Positions 52,425 to 64,000 of a stretch of DNA of 64,000 nt are shown one piece after another (within the stretch, counting starts at the first letter, position 1; every line of letters begins with the position of its first letter). A program made the translations under genes and the position numbers. The DNA is from Eledone cirrhosa (lineage: Eukaryota): NCBI GenBank assembly GCA_964016885.1, contig OZ024747.1, positions 4,278,001-4,342,000 on the forward strand, given 5' to 3'. The notes under the pieces are model-generated. The model worked only from the letters and a program-made list of their open reading frames with translations. It searched no databases and was not told the origin of the DNA.

Positions 52425-52680
52425 TCATCATTGTCATCATCATTTAATGTCATCAATGGCACACTAGCATGGGTTAGATGGGTTGTCATATGAGACAAGT
52501 CAGGTCCAGAGAGCATGTCATGCTCAGATGGATCTGTATTTTGGTTTGGTTTCTATGGCTGGATGCCCTTCCTAACACCAACCATTTTATATTGTGGACT
52601 GGGTGCTTCTGTCATGTAACCAGCAGGACTACCTTACAGAATGGACTGGGTGCTTTTTGTCATGTCACCAGCACAACTGG
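52425..52680 (-). mobile_element. old RTE-type 3' end
   Basis: ctagcatgggttagatggg..ggctggatgcccttcctaacaccaacc. Confidence 0.7.
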
Positions 52681-54309
52681 AATCTCACTTGTATGTTGGT
52701 TATGCTTGTTTGTTTATCTATGACATTTCCTTCCATTTACTATATATGATGATAATATGTTTGTTGTTGGTCGAGATAGAATTACTATTAGTGTTGTGGA
52801 TTCAGACATGGCTCAGTGGTTAACATGTCTCCTGTGTTCAGTTCCACTCTGTGATTCTCTTTGACTATAGCTTTGGCTTGAACCAAGATTTGTGAGTGAA
52901 ATTGTGTTGCAGAAGATTGTGTGGAATGTAGGTGATAAGCTCATAATTGATAGTTGGTGTGAATTAAACATTTGGAATATTCACCACAATTTACCTCTTG
53001 GAACATCAATAGATTTCGGTGACTATTCACCTCATCCACAGCTGTTGAATTAAAGGCAAATACTTGTTTAGAAATATAACAACTAAGAGTTGTTAACATC
53101 ACACGTATTTTGTATATAAATTGATCAAGCATGGATAAAGGAACAAAGCAGTTACTTTATGATTGAGAAATATAAACTCTCTGGACAATATTAGTAAATA
53201 CAATCAAAGTACTCTACTAGACTAATATATTGAGATACTTAAATACATGCCAGGAACTATATAGAATGAATATACACATATAAGCAGTACAGTTTTAGCT
53301 CAATGGGGAGAAACTTGTGAAGGGGTGAGCAGACAGCAGGTGGATCTTTTGAGGAAGAACTCCCATCAAGCAAGTGTTATGGCCCTTGATTCCTCCTAAC
53401 ACTGTAAGGGAGCAGGGCCCACCTAGGTCATGACTTCTAGGTGTTCTCTTGTTTCTTCTCCTCAAGCCAATGAGCTTGTCTCCCATTCCTGTGGTTTATA
53501 TGACTCTGTCACAAAGACCATAGTTAGAACTAACACTTTACATCTATTTAAACAGCAGTGTTCGCAACTCATATAATAATGTATTTAATCAGAGAGAATT
53601 CAACAAGTTGTTAGTGCTATGAATTTGTGTTGAAGTAAATCTAACAAACGGAAAGTATAAGTTTTAAATATACAACCTAAAGAAAATGTAGATTATTGTC
53701 CTGCAGTTACCTTCTGGTTGGTGTGTATATGTTTGTAAAATTGAAGAATAGGTTTAGTTGAATATATTTGATTAAAATTAGCAAAAAGGGTGTGGAGAGG
53801 GGCTCAGACTCGGGTCCTTAGGATTGTAAAGCAAACTTTTTAATGACAATATTGATGATGATAATGATGATGAAAGCGATCACTTACATGAGAAAAGTTT
53901 CATCTGAGGTGTATGTGTGCGTATCTATTTTTTATGTATAAGGATATTTAGTTCAGCCTTACTAAATATATATGTAATCTATGCTAATGTGGAAGTGATA
54001 TAGAATGGTGATGATGATGATATTGACAACAAAAGCAAATATGAAGTGTTTATTACTCTCTGTAGACAGAATGACCTCAGAGGGTGTCGAGGGAGCTTTT
54101 ACAGGTAGGCAACTCTGCCCCAATAGCAGTGAGTATGGGTGTGGTCATGAGGCCAAGAAAACTGGAAGTATCCACTGCCACAGGCTGAACCTATTAGAGA
54201 ACAGATGATACTTTGACAGTTTGTTCTTTTTGACCTATCAAACACTTTATTGTCCATTGTATTTTTAATTTTCAAATCTATAAATTTATATTCATTAGGT
54301 TATGTTTGG

Positions 54310-54559
54310 TTACTCTATATTTACTATTGTATATTCATGGTAAACGCTTTACCTCACATAATATTTACATTGCTCTATATTTACTATTGTATATTCACAG
54401 TAAAGGTTTTATCTCACATAATCTTGAGTCTATGAGATTTTGCTGATGTTGTTTATTTTAAGAATGATATCTCAATGTCAGTGTGAGCTGTTGGTTATGG
54501 CCAGTTTCAAAAATGGGAAATAATTCAGGCCGGATACAGCTAGTTTAAATGCTAAAGGG
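54310..54559. mobile_element. partial piggyBac-like MITE
   Basis: Colinear with the reverse complement of 44490-44690; ends ctaaaggg|TTAA. Confidence 0.65.
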
Positions 54560-55580
54560 TTAAAGCCTATTGTATTTTGTACATATTCAATATGAAAATA
54601 TTTTAAACATATCATATAGACAATAGTATTTTTATAAATTCTGTAACTAAATATTTCTAAATATGTTACATAAAGCAATATATATATATATGTGTGTATG
54701 TACAAATATGAGTGTATGTCCCTTTGAATTTTCAAATGCAATATTACAGTAAAATGTGATAACACAACAGAGAAAATGTACAATGTAGATTTGGCTAAAT
54801 TAATCCCATACATTTCTGTGCAAATGGCACTAGTAAACACACTCAGGCCTTACCTTAAGTAATAGATGGTGGCTGTCTCAAATAACAACATTGATAATGT
54901 TAGACCATTTAGAATAGTTCTCTAACCCCCCCCCCCCCCCCCCGCTCTCTCTCTCTGCTTGATACCCTCACAGAGAAAATGAGAAGAAAATTAGCTTTAA
55001 CAAAAATGATTGTTAAAAGTAGTCTCATTAGGCTCAAATGTTCTGTTGCATTGTCTGCAACAACAGTCTTTCGGACATTTGACGCCTCTCACTTGCAATG
55101 AAAAATAAAAATAATAAAGTATTGATCAGAAGTTAATAGAAGACCAAATGTTAGTTGATATATATGTATTATATTATTGCCATGTATGTGGTAACAGTGA
55201 ATGCTAAAACCCAGTCTTTGTGGATACATCAGTGCATAATAATAAAGATTTATTAGTTTGGCATGAAGGAAGACATTTTAAAAGGAGACATTGTTGATTA
55301 AATCTTTTGCAGTTAATGTATTGTATTTATTTTATCAGCCTTAGGATGAAAAAATACAAATTAAATCATGGAGAAATTTGAACTCAAATATTTAATGCAA
55401 TAGCTGTATAGTCTTGTGAAAGTGAGTGGCTAAGTGGATTGAGAATTGGATTCACAATCAGAAAGTTGCTAGTTTGATTCCAGGACTTGGTGATGTGTTA
55501 TCTCCTTCTGGAAGATTCCTTATTTCATGTATACTTCATTATATATTTATTTATATATATATATATTTATATATATATTT

Positions 55581-55857
55581 ATAAATGGAAAAAATGAAAT
55601 TTCATTTCTCACTCTTAGTACGGCTGATACTTAAATATAAGTATGTATATGTACATACATATACGTATACAGACGTACAGTAGTATGTATATACATACAT
55701 TCATGCACACATATATATATGTACTTATGGGTTTACCAAACATTTATTGTAATGTTCGGTTTGTTTGTAAACAAACAGCCCGAATTAAGCCATACAGTGT
55801 TCCGCAACCACCGTCGCCCTTTTGTTTAACACTGACACAGGAACGATGAACTAGTTT
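55581..55857 (-). mobile_element. second copy of the ~427-bp hammerhead element, beginning inside the ribozyme
   Basis: Matches 10468-10530 joined to 10103-10323; homology stops at hammerhead stem III. Confidence 0.85.
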
Positions 55858-56162
55858 TTAAAATGATTAATCTTCCTTGATTCATCATTTTAAAAGGTGT
55901 TTATATTTGAAATTCTAGTTAAACTTTAATTAGTTTCCTACCTAGCTGTGTGTGCTTAAACACTTTACAAATTATCCCCTGTAAGTGTTTCATGTGTTTA
56001 TTTTAGATATATATATATGTCAATCAATTTCTAGTTGATATAAAATGCTCAGATCTATTCATTGGAATCTTTGAGCTTATTCTACGGTGGATGTAGCACG
56101 TCTCTCGGACATGACACCCTCAATTTAATTTTGGATATATATATTTATATATATATTTATAT

Positions 56163-56578
56163 ATATCACAGAAAAAAGAGAATCAGTGTTGCAATGAAAG
56201 GAATTTATTGGACATATTACAATTGTTTCTCGGGCGACCAGCTCAAGGCACGATCGATGTGGTGATCAAACCTGACTCTGAGATCGCACGATCCTAGGAT
56301 ACGTCTTGATTCTACGAAGCAGATTTTCCTACGAAGCAAATTTTCGTAGAATCGAGACGTATCCGAGAACCGTGTGATTTCAGAGTCAGATTTGATCACC
56401 ACATCGATCGTGCCTTGCGCTGGTCACCCGAGAAACGATTGTAATATGTCCAATAATTTCCTTTCATTGCAACACTGATTCTCTTTTTTCTGTGATATCA
56501 TACTCTGCTCTATGAGGGCATCGAGTGCTCATATGGCCTATCGCATACGGACGCTTTAAGCATCCAACACCAATTATA
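56163..56578 (+). mobile_element. fold-back pLTR-like element
   Basis: ~150-bp imperfect inverted arms (56163-56318 and 56343-56498) containing GAAAC(A/G)ATTGTA, then a tail atactctgct..gagtgctc. Confidence 0.7.
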
Positions 56579-56592
56579 TTTATATATATATA

Positions 56593-56639
<47 letters not shown>

Positions 56640-56772
56640 TTATGTATATATATATTATGTATATATATATTATGGTCCACCTGGTTCCTTACCACATTTC
56701 CTCCATTATATATATTTATATATTTATATATATTTATTTATATATATTTATTTATATATATTTATTTATATA

Positions 56773-56815
<43 letters not shown>

Positions 56816-56938
56816 TTATATATATATATTTATATATATATATATTTATGCATTTATATATATATATTTATAAATATATATATTTATATATATATATATT
56901 TATATATATATATTTATATATTTATATATATATATATT

Positions 56939-56970
<32 letters not shown>

Positions 56971-56994
56971 TATATATTTATATATATATATATT

Positions 56995-57061
<67 letters not shown>

Positions 57062-57063
57062 AT

Positions 57064-57584
<521 letters not shown>

Positions 57585-57603
57585 ATTTATATATATATAT
57601 ATT

Positions 57604-57690
<87 letters not shown>

Positions 57691-57701
57691 TTATATATAT
57701 A

Positions 57702-57752
<51 letters not shown>

Positions 57753-57809
57753 TTATATATATATATTTATATATATTTATATATATATTTATATATATAT
57801 ATTTATATA

Positions 57810-57852
<43 letters not shown>

Positions 57853-57933
57853 TTATATATATATATTTATATATATATATTTATATATATATATATATAT
57901 TTATATATATAAATTTATATATATAAATACATA

Positions 57934-58291
57934 AATGTGCAGTATAAATGTGCGTGAACGACCCAGCATAAATGTGTTGAGAGAGAAACTGTGTCTGAGA
58001 GGGATAGAATGTAGTGTACGGGAGAGGAGACTGAGGTGGTATGGACATGTGATACGCATGGAGGATGACCGATGGGTGAAGAAGTGCCAGGAAATGCCAG
58101 TTGAAGGAAGACGTGGGAGAGGTAGACCACGAAAAACATGGGCGGAGGTGGTGAGAACAGACCTCAGATCATTGAAGCTCACGGTGGAGATGACGAGGGA
58201 CCGTGACGAGTGGAGAGATGCTGTGCTGAATAAGACCTGTCCCACCCTTGCAAGCAGGGAAAAGCGGACGTAAAATGATGATGATGATGAT
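57934..58291 (+). mobile_element. RTE LINE 3' fragment (subfamily B)
   Basis: ORF 57935..58273 ends ..ASREKRT-stop directly before (ATG)n. Confidence 0.95.
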
Positions 58292-58298
58292 ATATATT

Positions 58299-58373
<75 letters not shown>

Positions 58374-58452
58374 ATTTATATATATATATATTTATATATA
58401 TATATATTTATATATTTATATATATATATATTTATATTTATATATATATATT

Positions 58453-58484
<32 letters not shown>

Positions 58485-58619
58485 TATATATATATATTTA
58501 TTTATATATATATATATTTATATATATTTATATATATTTATATATTTATATATATATATTTATATATATTTATATATTTATATATATATATTTATATATA
58601 TATATATATTTATATTATT

Positions 58620-58651
<32 letters not shown>

Positions 58652-58681
58652 TATATATATTTATATATTTATATATATATA

Positions 58682-58872
58682 TTTAATATAGATGAGATTC
58701 TACAGGACTAGAACTGTTTCATTCTTTAGAAATCATCAGGAATCCTGATGATTTCTAAAGAATGAAACAGTTCTAGTCCTGTAGAATCTCATCTATATTA
58801 AAACTTTTATACTCTGCTATGTATTGAGTACCTTACTTACTGTGGTTACCTCCGATTCAACCCGGAATAACG
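58682..58872 (+). mobile_element. perfect 60-bp-arm palindrome with hammerhead core plus pLTR tail
   Basis: 58682-58741 and 58743-58802 form an exact inverted repeat. CUGAUGA-UUUCUAAAGAAU-GAAAC lies next to the axis; tail atactctgct..tgagtac. Confidence 0.75.
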
Positions 58873-58875
58873 TAT

Positions 58876-58907
<32 letters not shown>

Positions 58908-58991
58908 ATATATATTTATATTTATATATTTATATATATATATTTATATATGATATTAAATAAATGGAAACTATATTTATAAAACCATATT

Positions 58992-59057
58992 TATTTCGTT
59001 ATATATATTTCAGGGATATCATATTAACAATATGTTATGCCATCTTCAGACAAAATA
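58992..59057 (-). ncRNA. type I hammerhead motif
   Basis: UAUUUUGU CUGAAGA U[GG..CAUAUU-GUU-AAUAUG..CC]CU GAAA UAUAUA UA ACGAAAUA: 8-bp stem I, palindromic stem III. Confidence 0.65.
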
Positions 59058-59225
59058 CAATATAAACAGTCTTATAAATAAATAGATACGACATACCTTT
59101 CAATCACCTTGCATTTGTGAGGTTGATTTGGCAGTAAAAAAATATTGTGGACCTATAAATATTTACTCGTTGTTAACCCAACAATTTAAATATAACTTTC
59201 CATGTATATTTATATATATATTTTA

Positions 59226-59257
<32 letters not shown>

Positions 59258-59299
59258 ATTTATATTTGGATATAATGCTCTGAAATAGTGATATATATG

Positions 59300-59526
59300 T
59301 GAAGACAAACATAGAATATTCGAAAATATTCTGTATGTTTATAATAAACATTTCGAAGACCCAATCGCTATAGAATAGAATACGTCACGTATTAGGTTAC
59401 TTCCCTTGCTTTTATCGAGAATCTCAAATTGTAATACGTGACGTATTCTATTCTATAGCGATTGGGTCTTCGAAATGTTTATTATAAACATACAGAATAT
59501 TTTCGAATATTCTATGTTTGTCTTCA
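59300..59526. repeat. fold-back element, 95-bp arms with 37-bp spacer
   Basis: 59300-59394 is the reverse complement of 59432-59526; TA-rich flanks. Confidence 0.9.
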
Positions 59527-59678
59527 TATATATTTATATATATATATATATATTTATATATATTTATATATTTGTATATATATATACAATTAAGTTAAAG
59601 TGTACATCTACATATGTATACGGAAGTATTAGTATGCATATAAATATGTATACATATAAATACACATATGTATACATA

Positions 59679-60444
59679 TTTTCTGGGTGGGAAATGACGA
59701 TGGGATGGGTGGTGTAGGTATACTATTAGCTGACAAGTGGGTAGATAAAGTAATCTCAGTGTACAGGGTAAATGCAAGAATCATTAAACTCAGACTAGTC
59801 CTGAATAAGACAATTACCACAATAATATCAGCTTACGCACCCCAATCGGGGCTGCCAGACGAACTTAAGGATAGGTTTTACGAGTCCCTAATACACACTA
59901 CTGCTCTAACAGACGACAAGGACTTCCTAATCATTGCAGGAGATTTTAACGGACACGTAGGTAAACACTGCGACGGCTTCAATAGAGTATATGGAGGCCA
60001 TGGAGTTGGCACAAGGAATGAGGAAGGATTCAGACTTCTAGAATTCTGCGACGCCAATGACATGTCGATATGTAACACAAACTTTAAAAAACCCGACAAC
60101 CACCTGATCACCTATAGATCAGGGGAGCACTCTAGTCAGTTAGATTTTATCCTCATCGGAGGACGTGACAGATGGACGGTCGTAAACACAAAAGCCTTCC
60201 CTAGTGAGGAATGTACATCCCAACATAGCTTAGTTGTCAGCGACCTCACGGTCAGAACTAGACGAGCCCTGAAACAGAGGCCAACCTGGAGAAGAAAGAT
60301 CTGGAAGCTGAAAGTCCCCTCAACCAGTAATAGATTTAAAGATATTTTACTCAACGCCTACGACAGTAAAGAAGAACAGATAGAGACATTTAACGTAGAA
60401 GAGAACTGGGAGTTCCTAAAAAATAACTTACTAGAGGCGACGGA
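59679..60444 (+). mobile_element. internal RTE (subfamily A) APE fragment lacking both ends
   Basis: ORF 59687..60481 (SAYAPQ, GDFNGHV, LDFIL). 60187-60444 is near-identical to 38084-38342. Confidence 0.93.
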
Positions 60445-60725
60445 TGGCTCTCTGGAGAATAGAGGAAGTGTGTTTCCTTGAAAACCCGTATGACTTTAAA
60501 ACCCAGTTCGTCTGTGTGTTTACATACAGACTAGCTGGACACTCACTGCAAAGTGTCTAGTGAAAAGCTCGGTACATGTACATATGTATACATATGTGTA
60601 TTTATATGCATACTAATACTTCCGTATACATATGTAGATGTACACTTTAACTTAATTGTTTAAGCGTCAGTCATACAAAAATGAGTTAGAAGCGAAACAA
60701 AATTTAATTTTGTTTCGTTATTATT
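60445..60725 (+). mobile_element. diverged relative of the ~427-bp hammerhead element, with its inverted arm at 59586-59678
   Basis: Shares gtttaca.aca.act, tcggta..catatgta and the terminal gcgaaa..tttc hairpin with the minus strand of 10103-10738. 60582-60659 is inverted relative to 59586-59678. Confidence 0.6.
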
Positions 60726-60741
60726 TATATATATATATATT

Positions 60742-60772
<31 letters not shown>

Positions 60773-61667
60773 TTATATATATTATATATATATATATTTA
60801 TATATATATTTATATATATATTTATTTATATATATACACACACATCTGTTTTGACACACTTATACATATACATATATATATAAATGAGTTTGGAATAGCA
60901 ACCAGGTGAAAAGCGAAAAAGTAAAGAGCCACATAGGATAATAGGTAACTGAAAGTGTCATAGTGATCTTGTGATAGAAAGGAATATGTGAAGCAGTAAA
61001 TAGTAGGAAAAATCTCTCATTAACAAACGTCTTCCTATTGTTAAGATGAAGTAAAACAACAAACTGTGGAAAGTTGTAAAAACCTCCAGTAAATTCTTAT
61101 GACATATTAAAAAATGCAGAGAAAATATAAATAACTAAAAGAAATTAACTAACTATATGACAGATATCTTAATAGTCTCAGAGAAGTCGAAGGAATTGTT
61201 TAATAAAAAATATATTATAGAGAAAACTTGTAGGGAAATTTTAGCATAAAAAAACAGTGTTGTTGCAATGAAATGGCAAAGAAAGAACACCACAAAAAAA
61301 AAATTAAATTAAAACAGCAAGGGGGAAAATATATTTAAAGGAAGAGACTATACCGGGGGTTATGTAGGAGGAAATAAGAAATAAGTGATGTTACGATTGT
61401 AGTTGTGAGTTCTGAAAGGGGAAGATGGAAGGATAAAATACTTGAGTATTAATACAAAGGAGAAAAATATGTGAAAAGTAGTAGGTCTAAGTTTAAGGTG
61501 AGTCAAAGCTTAATTGGATAAAATAGGTTATTGCAATAAGAATATGAAAAAAAAAAAAAGATAATATAAAGAGAACATAGGTATATAAAGGTATAGAATA
61601 TCAAAGGTAGACACAATTAGGAATGTTTGTATTGAAATCTGATAAATGTATTATATAAATTAGAGGA

Positions 61668-61933
61668 ACAAGCCGAAGCTGATGCCTATAGACAATATGC
61701 CCCCACACCCTCCCACTGCAAAGTGGTCGTGGAGGTGCCACGGAAAAAAAGCACCCAGCACTCACAGTTAATGAGGTTGGTGTTAGGCAGGGCATCCAGC
61801 TGTAGAAATCAAGCCAAATCAGTTCCCGTATGAGCAAGACAAGATCAGTTGACCGGACACTGCACACAACAGGACAACCCGTCTAATCCATGCTACCGTG
61901 GAAGAACAGGCGTAAAACCATGATGATGATGAT
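61668..61933 (+). mobile_element. RTE subfamily A 3'-UTR fragment
   Basis: Matches 40450-40766, with one fewer UTR module. Confidence 0.9.
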
Positions 61934-62411
61934 CTATGACCATCAGAAGTTATACATGTTATACATTTTAACCAACACACACGCAGACATACATACATAG
62001 ACACACACACACACATACACACATAGACACACGCATAGACACACACACATAGACACACACACACATACATAGACACACACACACACACACACATACATAT
62101 ATGTTGACATTGTCAATGTAGGAATTAAGAAGCACAATGTTACATATAGTTTCATGACAAAGTTTTAAAATAAAATCAACAAATTACCAATTTTCTAACC
62201 CACATGCTTATTCCCCACTCCCATCTATTCCAACTCCCCCATTTATTCTCCCCATCAATTCTCCCCATCAATTATTCCACCCCCACCCCCTATTATTTGG
62301 GATTTGAGAGTATATATGAATATATATATATATGTATGTATATGTGTATGTATGTATGTATGTATGTATGTATAAAGTGTATGTATGTATGTATGTATGT
62401 ATGTATATTAT

Positions 62412-63040
62412 GTCAGGTCACCAGTTGGTGCTACTGGTAACATGTATCCCAGTACAACCTGTCCCATGGTCGGGTCGTTGGCGACTAAACTGGCAACCCC
62501 ACCAAGGTTTCTTGGTGAGGAGGGTGACTTTGGACATCCTGCAGGACTAAAAACAAAACCTGGCAAAGGAGCTCTTAAGAGTCAATGGCCATCCAAAATC
62601 ACCGGGAGAGATGACCCCTTAGCCTTTGTCAAGGCAGAATTCTAAGAGAAGGAAAACTCTGATATAACACCTGCAACCCTGATGGTATCCAATGATGTTG
62701 ACTTATTCTTCTTTTTGGTAAATATCATCTTGGTTAAGAGAGTGGGACTGGCTTTGTGCAGTGCCTTTGCTCACTATAAAAGCTTCACGGCACAGGCATT
62801 GCTTTATATCTGGAGATCTCTCTACACTTGTCGTCACATGGTACCAAAGGCCCAACACTATGTGTCAATAATTGTCACAGGTGTAGTGTTTGTACCAGAG
62901 TTTTCAAGTCGCTGGCTGGACTAAAAGTCACACTTGTTTAGCGCATCGGTAGGGGTTCTCCTACATGGATATAAAGTAGTGGCCGTACTCGAAAACGAGT
63001 TGGCAGCCACCATGTATGTATGTATGTATGTATGTATGTA
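62412..63040 (+). mobile_element. ~600-bp non-autonomous RTE-derived retroposon with (TATG)n tail
   Basis: Near-identical to the reverse complement of 20641-21238. Confidence 0.88.
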
Positions 63041-63041
63041 T

Positions 63042-63428
63042 GAATTCTAGGAGAAGGAAAACTCAGATATAACACCTGCAACCCTGATGGTATCCAATGA
63101 TGTTGACTTATTCTTCTTTTTGGTAAATATCATCTTGGTTAAGAGAGTGGGACTGGCTTTGTGCAGTGCCTTTGCTCACTATAAAAGCTTCACGGCACAG
63201 GCATTGCTTTATATCTGGAGATCTCTCTGCACTTGTCGTCACAGGGTACCATGGGCCCAGCACTATGTGTCAATAATTGTCACAAGTGTAGTGTTTGTAC
63301 CAGAGTTTTCAAGTCGCTGGCTGGACTAAAAAGTCACACTCGTTCAGCGCATCAGTAGGGGTTCTCCTACATGGATATAAAGTAGTGGCCGTACTCGAAA
63401 ACGAGTTGGCAGCCACCATGTATGTATG
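63042..63428 (+). mobile_element. 5'-truncated tandem copy of the same retroposon
   Basis: Repeats 62637-63020. Confidence 0.88.
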
Positions 63429-63459
63429 TGTATATATATATGTGTGTATGTATGCATGT

Positions 63460-64000
63460 ATGTAGTAGAAAGCCTATTCGTGCCTGAGTACAGCCACTTC
63501 TTAGAAGAGAAAAAAAAAGTTACTAATAGACATCTCCCAAAACATGTTATTGATGTTGCTGTCACTGATGCCATCTTAGATGACTCATCAAACCAGGAAG
63601 TGACTTACATGCCATACCACACAGTGTGCAGTTTCCCACCTGCTCGAGTCTGGTTGGCATGGCATGCCTCGTGGTGCAGAGTGACACATCTTGTTTCAGA
63701 TGCCGGAGGCAAAATCAATGTCTATGGTGTACTCAAATGGGTTATTTCTGTATGACATCTGCTATGGCTTAGTAGCCCATCCCTTGGCATATATACATGT
63801 TCTCATTCCCCACAGGTAAAAGCTTCTTTCAAATCTCGTTCAGGTCTTAGATCCTCTGTTTCTTTTCAGATTCCTCATCACCAGCAGCAATGAGATATTG
63901 CCACTGGGTTCTATTGGTTGCAAGATTTTCCCATGGTTCCGTATTGATCTGACTTTCTTCAAGGTACCTTCCAAGCAAACTTTGAAGCACTTATGTGGTT
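63460..64000 (-). mobile_element. old RTE LINE 3' end with C2H2 zinc finger (runs off window)
   Basis: Minus strand INTEPWENLATNRTQW and CTLCGMACKSLPGLMSHLRWHQ-stop; terminal gtggctgtactc..cga hairpin and CATA tail. Confidence 0.75.

Noticed and set aside
53091-53513. Solo LTR (TG..CA ends, TATA-like motif)
   Set aside because: No matching TSD and no second copy.
62440-62495. HDV-like ribozyme at the 5' end of the RTE-derived retroposon (ccagt/actgg pairing, CUAA joiner)
   Set aside because: Could not find a P1 partner or a canonical L3/P1.1; it may just be hairpins. Needs a descriptor search.

Overview
AT-rich, repeat-saturated eukaryotic DNA with no convincing host protein-coding gene. 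The repeat complement suggests an octopus or other cephalopod genome (inference). It contains about 10 fragments of RTE-clade LINEs from several subfamilies (APE, RT with YADD, and an internal C4HC3 PHD-type finger), three Rex3/Expander-like RTE remnants, a C2H2-tailed RTE with a ~600 bp non-autonomous relative, and two CR1-like fragments. There are also tRNA-CORE SINEs and MetaSINE-type SINEs, a non-autonomous Helitron, piggyBac- and hAT-like MITEs, a tRNA-Asp pseudogene, and many micro- and minisatellites. The most interesting signal is a dense set of short non-coding elements sitting in (TA)n tracts. They have tandem and fold-back (Penelope pLTR-like) architecture and carry type I hammerhead ribozyme motifs. 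The clearest is a 483-bp tandem unit with two intact hammerheads at 21705-22600. A second family has a ~427-bp unit, and one of its relatives appears to have captured an internal RTE fragment. These look like retrozyme-type or non-autonomous Penelope-like elements that could yield circular RNAs. All calls were made by eye, without database searches or folding software, and most boundaries are approximate.
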